Shown here one piece after another: positions 56,438 to 64,000 of a DNA stretch of 64,000 nucleotides; positions within the stretch are counted from its first letter, which is position 1; each line of letters begins with the position of its first letter. The notes below the pieces were generated by a model, which did no database searches, was not told the origin of the DNA, and worked only from the letters and a program-made list of their open reading frames with translations. Location of the stretch: NCBI GenBank assembly GCA_963762145.1, contig CAVXJS010000007.1, positions 256,001 to 320,000 of the forward strand. The letters are read 5' to 3'. The DNA comes from an uncultured Candidatus Rokubacteria bacterium. Lineage in GTDB: Bacteria > Methylomirabilota > Methylomirabilia > Rokubacteriales > CSP1-6. A program made the position numbers and the translations under genes.

Positions 56438-57147
56438 GAGGGGAGCCGCGCTTCCGCGGGCCGCCGGCGCGTGAACTCGAGGGCGTCCTGCCGCACGTGC
56501 TCGGCGTGAGCCCGGGCCAGGCGCTCGCCGCGCTCGGCGTCGCCGGCCAGGATCGCCTCGAAGATCTCGCGGTGCTCGGCCACGCTCGACTCGACCCGCT
56601 CGGGCAGGTAGAGCGACCGCAGGCGCAGCACCAGGATCTGGGCGTAGACGTTCTCGAGGAGCCGGCTCAGCACCGGGTTCCTGGCCGCGATCAGCACCCG
56701 GTCGTGGAAGTCGATGGCCGCGCGCGAGTAGTGCTCGATCTCGCCCGCGCCCGCCGCCCGCTCCATCTCCTTCGCCGCCGCCTCGAGCGGACCGCGCGTG
56801 TCGTCGTCGAGGTTCTGCGCGGCCTGGCGGACCGCGAGGGCCTCGAGCGCGCCGCGTACCGCGAAGAGGTCGCGGATCTGGTCGGCGCCGTAGTTCAGCA
56901 CGAAGACCCCGTGGCGGGGCACCGTGTTGACCAGACCCTCGCTCTCGAGCCGTCGCATCGTGTCCCAGACCGGGGTGCGGCTCACGCCCAGATCGCGGCA
57001 GATCTGCTCGACGTTCAGCTTGGAGCCGGGCGGGAAGACCTGGCTCAGGATCAGGTCGCGAACCGTCCGGTACACGCGCTCGCCGAGGCTCTCGTGCAGC
57101 AAGGGCGCGATGGGCGCGCGGGGTGCGGTGGATCTCGCGGGTGGCAT
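56434..57147 (-). CDS. GntR-family (FCD/FadR) transcriptional regulator
   Basis: PG.KL....LGVSRTPV....L..EG.V...PR.G; FH and EH..I..AI..GD in the C-terminal domain. Confidence 0.92.
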   Translation of the reverse strand: MPPARSTAPRAPIAPLLHESLGERVYRTVRDLILSQVFPPGSKLNVEQICRDLGVSRTPVWDTMRRLESEGLVNTVPRHGVFVLNYGADQIRDLFAVRGALEALAVRQAAQNLDDDTRGPLEAAAKEMERAAGAGEIEHYSRAAIDFHDRVLIAARNPVLSRLLENVYAQILVLRLRSLYLPERVESSVAEHREIFEAILAGDAERGERLARAHAEHVRQDALEFTRRRPAEARLPS

Positions 57148-57155
57148 GGTGCCGT

Positions 57156-57227
57156 ATTCTTGGGGCGGCTCCGCGCGTTGTCAATCAGGTCTTTCATTTG
57201 ACACGAGACATGAAACGTAGGATAAGT
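57156..57227. promoter_or_regulatory. Divergent promoters with putative GntR operator
   Basis: Minus TTGACA(57184-79)-N17-AAGAAT, 8 nt before the gntR ATG; plus TTGACA (57198-57203) flanked by inverted TTTCAT/ATGAAA. Confidence 0.5.
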
Positions 57228-57296
57228 ACGCGATTCCAGGATTTCCGCAGCGTGGCGGACGAACCTAACCAGGCAAGGGTCACAGGAGGTCGGTCC

Positions 57297-58466
57297 ATGA
57301 AGCAGGCAATCCGAGCCCTTTTCGTCGCGCTGACCGTCGTCGTCGCGCTCGCGCCGCCGGCGCCCGCCCAGGAAGCCGTGAAGGTCGGCGTCATCCAGCC
57401 CCTGTCGGGCTCGGTGGCCGCGTCCGGGAACTACGTCCGGATGGGCGCCGAGATCGGGCGGGACTGGATCAATGGAAAAGGCGGCGTCCTCGGACGCAAA
57501 ATCGAGCTGCTGATCGAGGACAACAAGTCCGATCCCAAGGAGGCCGCCACCGCGGCCGAGAAGCTGATCGTCCGGGACAAGGTGCCGGTGATCGTGGGGG
57601 CGTGGGGCAGCTCGATGACGCTCGCGGCGATGCCGAAGCTCGAGGAGTACGGCGTGCCGATGATCGTGGAGACCTCGAGCGCCGCCACCATCACCAAGCG
57701 CGGCAACCCGTGGATCTTCCGCATCAGCCCTCCCAGCGAGATGGAAGCCCTCGGCCTCGAGAAGTACATGAAGGATCTGGGCATCAAGCAGGCCGACTTC
57801 CTCGCGGTGAACACGGACTGGGGACGGGGCGCGGTCGGGGCCTTCGGCGACCTGCTCAAGCGCTCGGGCGCGCAGGTGGGGACCGCCGAGTTCATGGAGC
57901 AGGCCGCGACGGACATGAACGCGCAGATCACCAAGGTGAAGGCGGGCGGCGCCGACACGCTCTTCCTCACCACGAGCGTCGAGCAGATCACGCTGGTCCT
58001 GAAGCAGGCGCAGGAGCAGCGGCTGGTCCGAAAAGTCATCACCACCGGCGGAAGCTCGTCGCCGTCGCAGCTCATCAAGCAGGCGGGGCCGGCCGCGGAG
58101 GGGACGTACCACATCCTGTTCTTCCTGCCATGGTTCCCGGAGGCCATGCCCGACGGCAAGCTGGCCAAGGCCTTCGTGGACGAGTGGGCCAAGCGGGGTC
58201 ATCCCTTCGAGGGGCTGACCGAGGGCTTCCGTGGCCACGACGGCGTGCTCACCGCGGTGGAGGGCATCCGGCTGGCCGGCAAGGCGGACCCGAAGGCGGT
58301 GCAGGCCGCGCTCTGGCAGGTCAACACGATGGGCCTCAACGGCCCCATCAAGTTCGAGAAGGACGGCCCGGCGGGCAAGGAGAGCGGGCAGAGCAAGCCC
58401 AGCATCTTCATCGTCCAGGTGAAGGACGGCAAGATCGCCCTGCCCGCGTTCTCGGCCAAGAAGTAG
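57297..58466 (+). CDS. Liv-type (branched-chain amino acid family) ABC substrate-binding protein
   Basis: Signal peptide; KVGVIQPLSG, IN..GGVLGR.IEL..ED, G...SS; SD GGAGG. Confidence 0.92.
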   Translation: MKQAIRALFVALTVVVALAPPAPAQEAVKVGVIQPLSGSVAASGNYVRMGAEIGRDWINGKGGVLGRKIELLIEDNKSDPKEAATAAEKLIVRDKVPVIVGAWGSSMTLAAMPKLEEYGVPMIVETSSAATITKRGNPWIFRISPPSEMEALGLEKYMKDLGIKQADFLAVNTDWGRGAVGAFGDLLKRSGAQVGTAEFMEQAATDMNAQITKVKAGGADTLFLTTSVEQITLVLKQAQEQRLVRKVITTGGSSSPSQLIKQAGPAAEGTYHILFFLPWFPEAMPDGKLAKAFVDEWAKRGHPFEGLTEGFRGHDGVLTAVEGIRLAGKADPKAVQAALWQVNTMGLNGPIKFEKDGPAGKESGQSKPSIFIVQVKDGKIALPAFSAKK

Positions 58467-58488
58467 CGCGACCGGCGATCGCGGGCGC

Positions 58489-59361
58489 TTGGACCAGCTT
58501 CTCCAGCACCTGCTGAACGGGCTGCTGCTGGGCGCCACCTACAGCCTGCTCGGGATCGGCCTCACGCTGGTCTTCGGGCTGATGAACGTGGTGAACTTCG
58601 CCCACGGCGAGTTCTACACGCTCGGGGCCTACGCCGCGTTCGCCGCGCTCGCGCTCGCCTCGGTGAACTTCTTCCTCGCGATCCCGCTCGCCATCGTGGC
58701 GGGCGCGGTGGCCGGCGCGGTCTGCGAGCGAGTGTTGCTACGGCCGCTGCGCGGGCAGTCCATCGACACGGTCATGCTCGTCATGATCGGCCTCTGGATC
58801 GCGATGCAGAACGCGGAGCTGCTCGGCTGGGGCGGGGTGGCGAAGAGCGTGCCCACGCCCTTTCCGAGCCATCCGGTGGTGCTGGGCGCGGTGTCGGTCG
58901 CGCCGCTCCGCATCTTCGTGTTCGTGGTCTCGGGCCTCCTGATCCTGGGCGCCCATCTCCTGCTGAGCCGCACCAAGCTCGGGCGCGCCATGCGGGCCAC
59001 CTTCCAGGACCGGGAGACCGCCGCCCTCATGGGGGTGAGCATCGAGCGCATCCACACCGTGACCTTCGCGTTCGGGGCCGGCCTGGCCGCGGCGGCGGGC
59101 GCGCTGCTGGGGCCGGTGTTCCTGCTCTACCCGTCCATGGGCGACCTGGCCTCGCTCAAGGCGTTCTCGGTGGTGATCCTGGGCGGCCTGGGGAACTTCG
59201 GCGGGGCCGCGCTGGGCGGGCTCGTGCTCGGCATCGCCGAGGAGCTGGGGGCGGGCTACATCTCCTCCGGCTACCGCGACGCGGTCGGCTTCCTGATGAT
59301 CGTCGCGGTCCTGCTGCTGCGACCCTCGGGTCTGTTCGCCCGCGCCGAGCGCGTGGGATGA
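58489..59361 (+). CDS. Liv-type ABC permease (LivH-like)
   Basis: NGL..G..Y.L...GLTL.FG..VVNFAHG, T.LGRAMRA, KAF..VILGG.G. Confidence 0.92.
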   Translation: MDQLLQHLLNGLLLGATYSLLGIGLTLVFGLMNVVNFAHGEFYTLGAYAAFAALALASVNFFLAIPLAIVAGAVAGAVCERVLLRPLRGQSIDTVMLVMIGLWIAMQNAELLGWGGVAKSVPTPFPSHPVVLGAVSVAPLRIFVFVVSGLLILGAHLLLSRTKLGRAMRATFQDRETAALMGVSIERIHTVTFAFGAGLAAAAGALLGPVFLLYPSMGDLASLKAFSVVILGGLGNFGGAALGGLVLGIAEELGAGYISSGYRDAVGFLMIVAVLLLRPSGLFARAERVG

Positions 59362-60303
59362 GACGTCCCGCGCTCGGCATCGGTCTGGTCGTCGTCCTGA
59401 CCGCGCCCGCCTGGGTGTGGAACCCGTATCACCTCCACACGCTGATCATGGCCGGCATCTTCGCGGTGCTCGCGCTGAGCCTGAACCTCCTGCTGGGATA
59501 CACCGGGCAGCTCTCGCTCGGCCACGCCGCCTTCTTCGGGATCGGCGCCTACGCCTCGGCCCTGCTGACCGTGAAGCTCGAGTGGTCGCCCTGGCTCGGC
59601 CTCCTGGCCGCCATCGCGCTGCCCGGCGTGGCGGGCTACGTCATCGGCCGGCTCGCGCTCAAGCTGCGCGGCGCCTACTTCGTGCTGCTGACCATCTCCT
59701 TCGCGGGCTGCGTCTCGCTGGTGAGCGTGAACTGGATGGACCTGACCAACGGGCCGCTCGGCATCCCGGGCGTGCCGCCGGTGGAGATCGCGCTGCCCGG
59801 GCTCCCCGCGTGGTCCCTGCGCACCAAGAGCGCGTACTACTACCTGGTGCTGGCCGCGGTCGTGGCGGCCTATCTGCTCTGCCTGGCCCTCATCCGGTCG
59901 CGGGTGGGCCGCGCGCTGGTGGCGCTGCGGGAGAACGAAACGCTCGCGGCTTCGGTGGGGATCGACGCGACCCACTATCTGGTCCTGGCCGCGGTGGCGA
60001 GCGCCGCGATGGCCGGCTTCGCGGGCGGCCTCTACGCGCACTACACGCGCTTCGTCAGCCCGGAGGTCTTCCTGTTCACCTACACGGTCACGATGGTGAT
60101 CATGGTGGTGGCCGGCGGCAAGGGCACGCTGGCCGGGCCGGTGGTCGGCGCGGTGCTGTTCACGGTGCTGCCGGAGGCGCTGCGGGAGCTGACCTCCTAT
60201 CAGTGGCAGATGCTGCTCTACGGCGTCCTGCTCGTCGCGGTGCTGTTCTTCATGCCGGAGGGAATTGTTCCCGCCCTGCGGCGCGCGATGGACGGCGTCG
60301 TGA
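59358..60303 (+). CDS. Liv-type ABC permease (LivM-like); reads in frame into livG as sequenced
   Basis: LNLLLGYTGQLSLGHAAF, LRG.YF, S..GRA..A.RENE, GG.GTL.GP, PEG. Confidence 0.88.
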
Positions 60304-61070
60304 CGCTCGAGGCCCGGGATCTCACCGTGCGGTTCGGCGGCGTGACCGCGCTCGGCGGCGTGAGCTTCGCGGTGGCCCCCGGGACGGTGACGAGCCTCAT
60401 CGGCCCCAACGGCGCGGGCAAGACCACCGCGTTCAACGTGATCACCGGGTTTCAGCGCCCGACCCAGGGCACGGTGCATCACGACGGCCAGGCCATCACC
60501 GGCTGGCGGCCCCATCGCATCGCGGCGCGGGGCCTCGTGCGGACCTTCCAGAAGACGAGCCTCTTCCCCGGGCTGACCGTGCGGGAGAACGTGCTCACCG
60601 GGCTGCACCTGCGCGGACGCGTGGGGGTGACGGCGGCGCTGCTGGCTCGCGGGCGCGTGCGGGCCGAGGAGCGGCAGCTCGGCGCGGAGGCCGACCAGGT
60701 GATGGACTTCGTCGGGCTGGGGGCGCGCCGTGAGGAGTCGGCCGGCGCGCTCTCCTACGGCGAGCAGCGCCTGCTGGAGCTGGCGGTGGGTCTGGCCGCG
60801 CGCCCCCGCCTGCTGCTCCTCGACGAGCCGGCATCCGGCATGACCGCCTCCGAGAAGCGGGCGGTGGCCGCGCTGATCGGCCGCATCCGCGACGAGGGCA
60901 TCACGGTGTTCCTGGTCGAGCACGACATGCGCCTGGTCATGGGCATCTCGGATCGAGTGCTCGTGCTCAACTACGGCCGGCTCATCGCCGACGGTGACCC
61001 GGCCGCCGTGCAGCGCGATCCCGAGGTGATCCGCGCGTACCTGGGGGCGGGAGCCCATGCTGACGCTTGA
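60300..61070 (+). CDS. Liv-type ABC ATPase (LivG-like)
   Basis: RFGG..AL, GPNGAGKTT, RTFQ, LSYGEQR, LLLDEPA.G, VIRAYLG. Confidence 0.9.
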   Translation: MTLEARDLTVRFGGVTALGGVSFAVAPGTVTSLIGPNGAGKTTAFNVITGFQRPTQGTVHHDGQAITGWRPHRIAARGLVRTFQKTSLFPGLTVRENVLTGLHLRGRVGVTAALLARGRVRAEERQLGAEADQVMDFVGLGARREESAGALSYGEQRLLELAVGLAARPRLLLLDEPASGMTASEKRAVAALIGRIRDEGITVFLVEHDMRLVMGISDRVLVLNYGRLIADGDPAAVQRDPEVIRAYLGAGAHADA

Positions 61071-61761
61071 GGGCCTCTCCGCGCGCTACGGACGCATCGC
61101 CGCGCTCGAATCGGTGTCGCTCACGGTGGGCGCCGCCGAGTTCGTCTGCCTCATCGGCGCCAACGGCGCGGGCAAGACCACCACGCTCAAGACCATCTCG
61201 GGCCTCGTGCGGGCGGCGGCGGGTCGCATCGTGTTCGACGGGCAGGAGATCCAGCACCTCGCCCCCCAGGAGATCCTGCGGCGGGGGATCGCGCACTGCC
61301 CGGAGGGCCGCCGGGTGTTCCCGCACATGACCGTGGAGGAGAATCTTCAGATGGGGGCCTACGTCCGCACCGACGGCGCGGCGGTGACGGCGGACCGGGA
61401 CCGGGTCTTCGGCCACTTCCCGATCCTGGCCGAGCGGCGCCGCCAGCCTGCGGGCACCCTCTCGGGCGGCGAGCAGCAGATGCTCGCGATCGGCCGCTGC
61501 CTCATGGCGCGCCCGCGGCTCATCCTGTTCGACGAGCCCTCGCTGGGCCTGGCCCCCACCGTCACCGAGACCGTGTTCCAGATCATCGCGGGCATCCAGC
61601 GCGAGGGCACCACGGTGCTGATGGTCGAGCAGAACGCCTACATGGCGCTGCGGCTCGCCAGCCGCGCCTACGTCATGGAAACCGGCCGCATCACCCTGGA
61701 GGGACCCGCCAAAGACCTGATGCAGAACGACCACGTCAAAAAGGCATACTTGGGCGGCTAG
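61057..61761 (+). CDS. Liv-type ABC ATPase (LivF-like)
   Basis: GANGAGKTT, PEGRRVF, TLSGGEQQM, DEPSLGLAP, KAYLGG. Confidence 0.93.
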   Translation: MLTLEGLSARYGRIAALESVSLTVGAAEFVCLIGANGAGKTTTLKTISGLVRAAAGRIVFDGQEIQHLAPQEILRRGIAHCPEGRRVFPHMTVEENLQMGAYVRTDGAAVTADRDRVFGHFPILAERRRQPAGTLSGGEQQMLAIGRCLMARPRLILFDEPSLGLAPTVTETVFQIIAGIQREGTTVLMVEQNAYMALRLASRAYVMETGRITLEGPAKDLMQNDHVKKAYLGG

Positions 61762-61784
61762 CCGAGCCCAAGCGCCGAAACGAG

Positions 61785-61926
61785 TGTCCGCCAACTGGGG
61801 GAGTGCGGGGGCCATGTCTGGGCCCCCGCATATGGAGAGCTTCAGGAAGTGAAAGGTTGTCCGCGAATTGGGGGAGTGCGGGGGCCATTTCGGGGCCCCC
61901 GCATATGAAGAGCTTGAAGAAGTAAA
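61785..61926. repeat. Tandem pair of 69-bp hairpin-containing units (type D)
   Basis: 61785-61853 and 61858-61926, 8 mismatches; each contains TGCGGGGGCC-N6-GGCCCCCGCA. Confidence 0.9.
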
Positions 61927-61964
61927 CAGCACTCCGCAGGAGACAGGAGCCGCCAAGAGAACAC

Positions 61965-64000
61965 ATGGGAGCCAAGTACTTCGGCGCATCCGTACGACGC
62001 AAAGAAGACCCCCGCTACCTCCGCGGGGAGGGCCGCTTCGTGGACGACATCAAGCTGCCCGGGATGCTGCACGTCGCCTTCGTGCGCAGCCCGCACGCCC
62101 ACGCGCGGATCGCGGCCATCCGCACCGAGGCGGCCCGGCGCCTCCCCGGCGTGACCCACGTGCTCACCTTCGCCGATCTCGAGCGCTGGATGAAGCCGCT
62201 GCCGCTCTTCGGCGCGATCCCGCCCGGGCTGGCCGCGCGCGTGGCCGTCGCCATGAAGCAGCCCCACCAGCTCGCGATGTGCCGGGACGAGGCGCGGCAC
62301 GTGGGCGAGATCGTGGCCATGGTGCTGGCCGCGAGCCGCGCGGTGGCCGAGGACGGGTGCGAGCTGGTCGAGGTGGACTACGAGCCGCTTCCCGCGCTGG
62401 CGGACGTGGAGGCGGCCGCGCGCCCCGACGCCCCCGTCCTCTATCCGGCGTGGGGCGACAACATCGCGCTCTCCTTCAAGACCGGCTTCGGCGACGTCGA
62501 GGCGGCCTTCCGCCAGGCCGACGCGCGGGTGCGCGAGCGCTTCGTGATCCCGCGCTACGTGGGCATGCCGATCGAGACCCGCGGCGTGGTCGCCCAGTGG
62601 GATTCGCGTGACGGCGCGCTCACCACCTGGAACGGCACCCAGGTCGTCCACTTCGTCCAGCAGGGGCTGGTGGCCGCGCTCGGGCTGCCGCCGCACAAGA
62701 TCCGCGTCGTCGCGCCCGACGTGGGTGGCGGCTTCGGGACCAAGGCCAACGGCTACGCGGAGGATCTGCTGATCCCCGCCGCGGCCATCCTGGCGCGCCG
62801 GCCGGTGAAGTGGACCGAGGACCGCCGCGAGCACATGATGGGCTCGGCGCACGCGCGCGCCCAGGTGCACGACATCGAGATCGCGGCCCGGCGGGACGGC
62901 ACCATGCTCGCGGTGCGCGATCGGATCTGGGTGGACCTGGGCGCCTACAACTCCTGGGGCATCGTGCTGCCCTACAACACGGTGGCGCACCTGCTCGGCC
63001 CGCATCGCGTGGCGAACCTCGACGTCGAGTGCCTCGGGGTGGTGACCACCAAGACGCCGAACGCGCCCTATCGCGGCGCGGGCCGCCCCGAGACCGTGTT
63101 CGCGATGGACCGCATCGTGGACTGCCTGGCGCGCGAGCTCGCCATGGACCCGGCCGAGCTGCGCCGGCGCAACTTCCTCTCCGCGGCCGACCTGCCGTAC
63201 GAGCTGCACATCCCGTATCGCGACGGCAACCCGCTCGTCTACGACAGCGGCGACTTCAAGGCCGGCCTCGAGGCGGCGCTCCGGGCGGTCGGCTACGACG
63301 CCCTGCGCGCGGAGCAGGCGCGACTGCGCGAGCAGGGGATCCATCGCGGGATCGGGATCTCGAGCTACGTGGAGGGCACCGCGATCGGGCCGTACGAGGG
63401 CGCGACGGTGCGTCTCGACGCCTCGGGCCACGCGGTGGTCGCCACGGGCGCCTGCTGCCAGGGCCAGGGGCACGAGACCTCGTTCGCCCAGATCGCGGCC
63501 GACGCGCTCGGCATCCCGCTCGAGGCGGTGACCATCGTGGGCGGCGACACCGCCGCGATCCCGTTCGGCGTCGGCACCTTCGCCTCTCGCAGCGCGGTCA
63601 ACGCGGGCAGCTCCATCCACGAGGCCTCGGGCCGCGTGAAGGACAAGCTGGTCGCGGCGGCGGCCGCGCTGCTCGAGGCCGCCCCGGCGGACATCGAGGT
63701 GGCGGACGGGGTCGTGACCGTGCGCGGGGTACCGGGCTCGGCGACGGCGCTGGCCAGCGTGATCCGTGCCGCGATCCCAACGTTCGCGAAGCCCGGCGTG
63801 GCCTCCCCCGACTTCGAGGCCACGGTCTACCATCACCAGCCGACCGTGACCTACACGAGCGCCACCCACGTCGCGGTGGTGGACGTGGATACCGGCACCG
63901 GCGCGGTGAAGCTTCTCCGCTACCTGGTGGCCCACGACTGCGGGACCCTCATCAACCCGGTGATCGTGGAGGGCCAGATCCACGGCGGCGTCGCGCAGGG
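61965..64000 (+). CDS. Xanthine-dehydrogenase-family Mo-hydroxylase large subunit (CoxL/CutL-like), 3' truncated
   Basis: RKEDPRYLRGEGRFVDDI, RSPHAHA, DVGGGFGTK, PYRGAGRPE, GQGHET, GTFASRS, INP.IVEGQIHGG. Confidence 0.92.
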   Translation, partial: MGAKYFGASVRRKEDPRYLRGEGRFVDDIKLPGMLHVAFVRSPHAHARIAAIRTEAARRLPGVTHVLTFADLERWMKPLPLFGAIPPGLAARVAVAMKQPHQLAMCRDEARHVGEIVAMVLAASRAVAEDGCELVEVDYEPLPALADVEAAARPDAPVLYPAWGDNIALSFKTGFGDVEAAFRQADARVRERFVIPRYVGMPIETRGVVAQWDSRDGALTTWNGTQVVHFVQQGLVAALGLPPHKIRVVAPDVGGGFGTKANGYAEDLLIPAAAILARRPVKWTEDRREHMMGSAHARAQVHDIEIAARRDGTMLAVRDRIWVDLGAYNSWGIVLPYNTVAHLLGPHRVANLDVECLGVVTTKTPNAPYRGAGRPETVFAMDRIVDCLARELAMDPAELRRRNFLSAADLPYELHIPYRDGNPLVYDSGDFKAGLEAALRAVGYDALRAEQARLREQGIHRGIGISSYVEGTAIGPYEGATVRLDASGHAVVATGACCQGQGHETSFAQIAADALGIPLEAVTIVGGDTAAIPFGVGTFASRSAVNAGSSIHEASGRVKDKLVAAAAALLEAAPADIEVADGVVTVRGVPGSATALASVIRAAIPTFAKPGVASPDFEATVYHHQPTVTYTSATHVAVVDVDTGTGAVKLLRYLVAHDCGTLINPVIVEGQIHGGVAQ

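Noticed and set aside
59358-61070. Apparent LivM-LivG fusion (570 aa)
   Set aside because: The linker is very short, and the junction TCGTGACG is a GTGA stop/start overlap after one +1 error; natural fusions exist, so it is not fully excluded
61785-61926. Possible CRISPR array
   Set aside because: Only two units, the inter-stem sequence is also conserved rather than unique spacers, and no cas genes are present
61965-64000. Bona fide (form I) aerobic CO dehydrogenase
   Set aside because: The active-site loop is PYRGAGR, not AYXCSFR, so it is a generic Mo-hydroxylase

Overview
Very GC-rich bacterial chromosomal segment, densely coding and mostly + strand. Gene content and repeats suggest Candidatus Rokubacteria/Methylomirabilota; this is an inference, not proven. 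Many conserved genes carry single-base frameshifts, mostly +1, consistent with an unpolished long-read assembly. These errors also create several false gene fusions. Left to right: (1) a sulfur-associated redox cluster: NrfD/PsrC, Mo-bis-PGD oxidoreductase, SoxY, SoxZ, TlpA, an atypical Sdh/Frd-like trio and a HIT protein; (2) a GH15 gene; (3) a TCA supercluster (acn, icd, mdh, split fumarase, mycobacterial Sdh1-type SDH, sucCD, ndk); (4) arfB, a PEP-CTERM-like gene, a benzoate-CoA ligase, two ABC importers, biotin carboxylase/carrier, PimCD-like acyl-CoA dehydrogenases, DUF898/M48 and an acyl-CoA ligase; (5) an RhaEW-LLM-reductase-VOC-ThDP-GT4 run; (6) a sigma54-type promoter ahead of small orphan ORFs; (7) a divergent GntR locus (cysteine-synthase-like PLP enzyme, CoA-transferase, LLM and PxpA versus a Liv-type ABC importer and a CoxL-like Mo-hydroxylase). 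At least four types of short palindromic element sit at gene ends or inside a gene. Many genes appear to have leaderless promoters. No tRNA, rRNA, CRISPR array, transposase or integrase was recognised.
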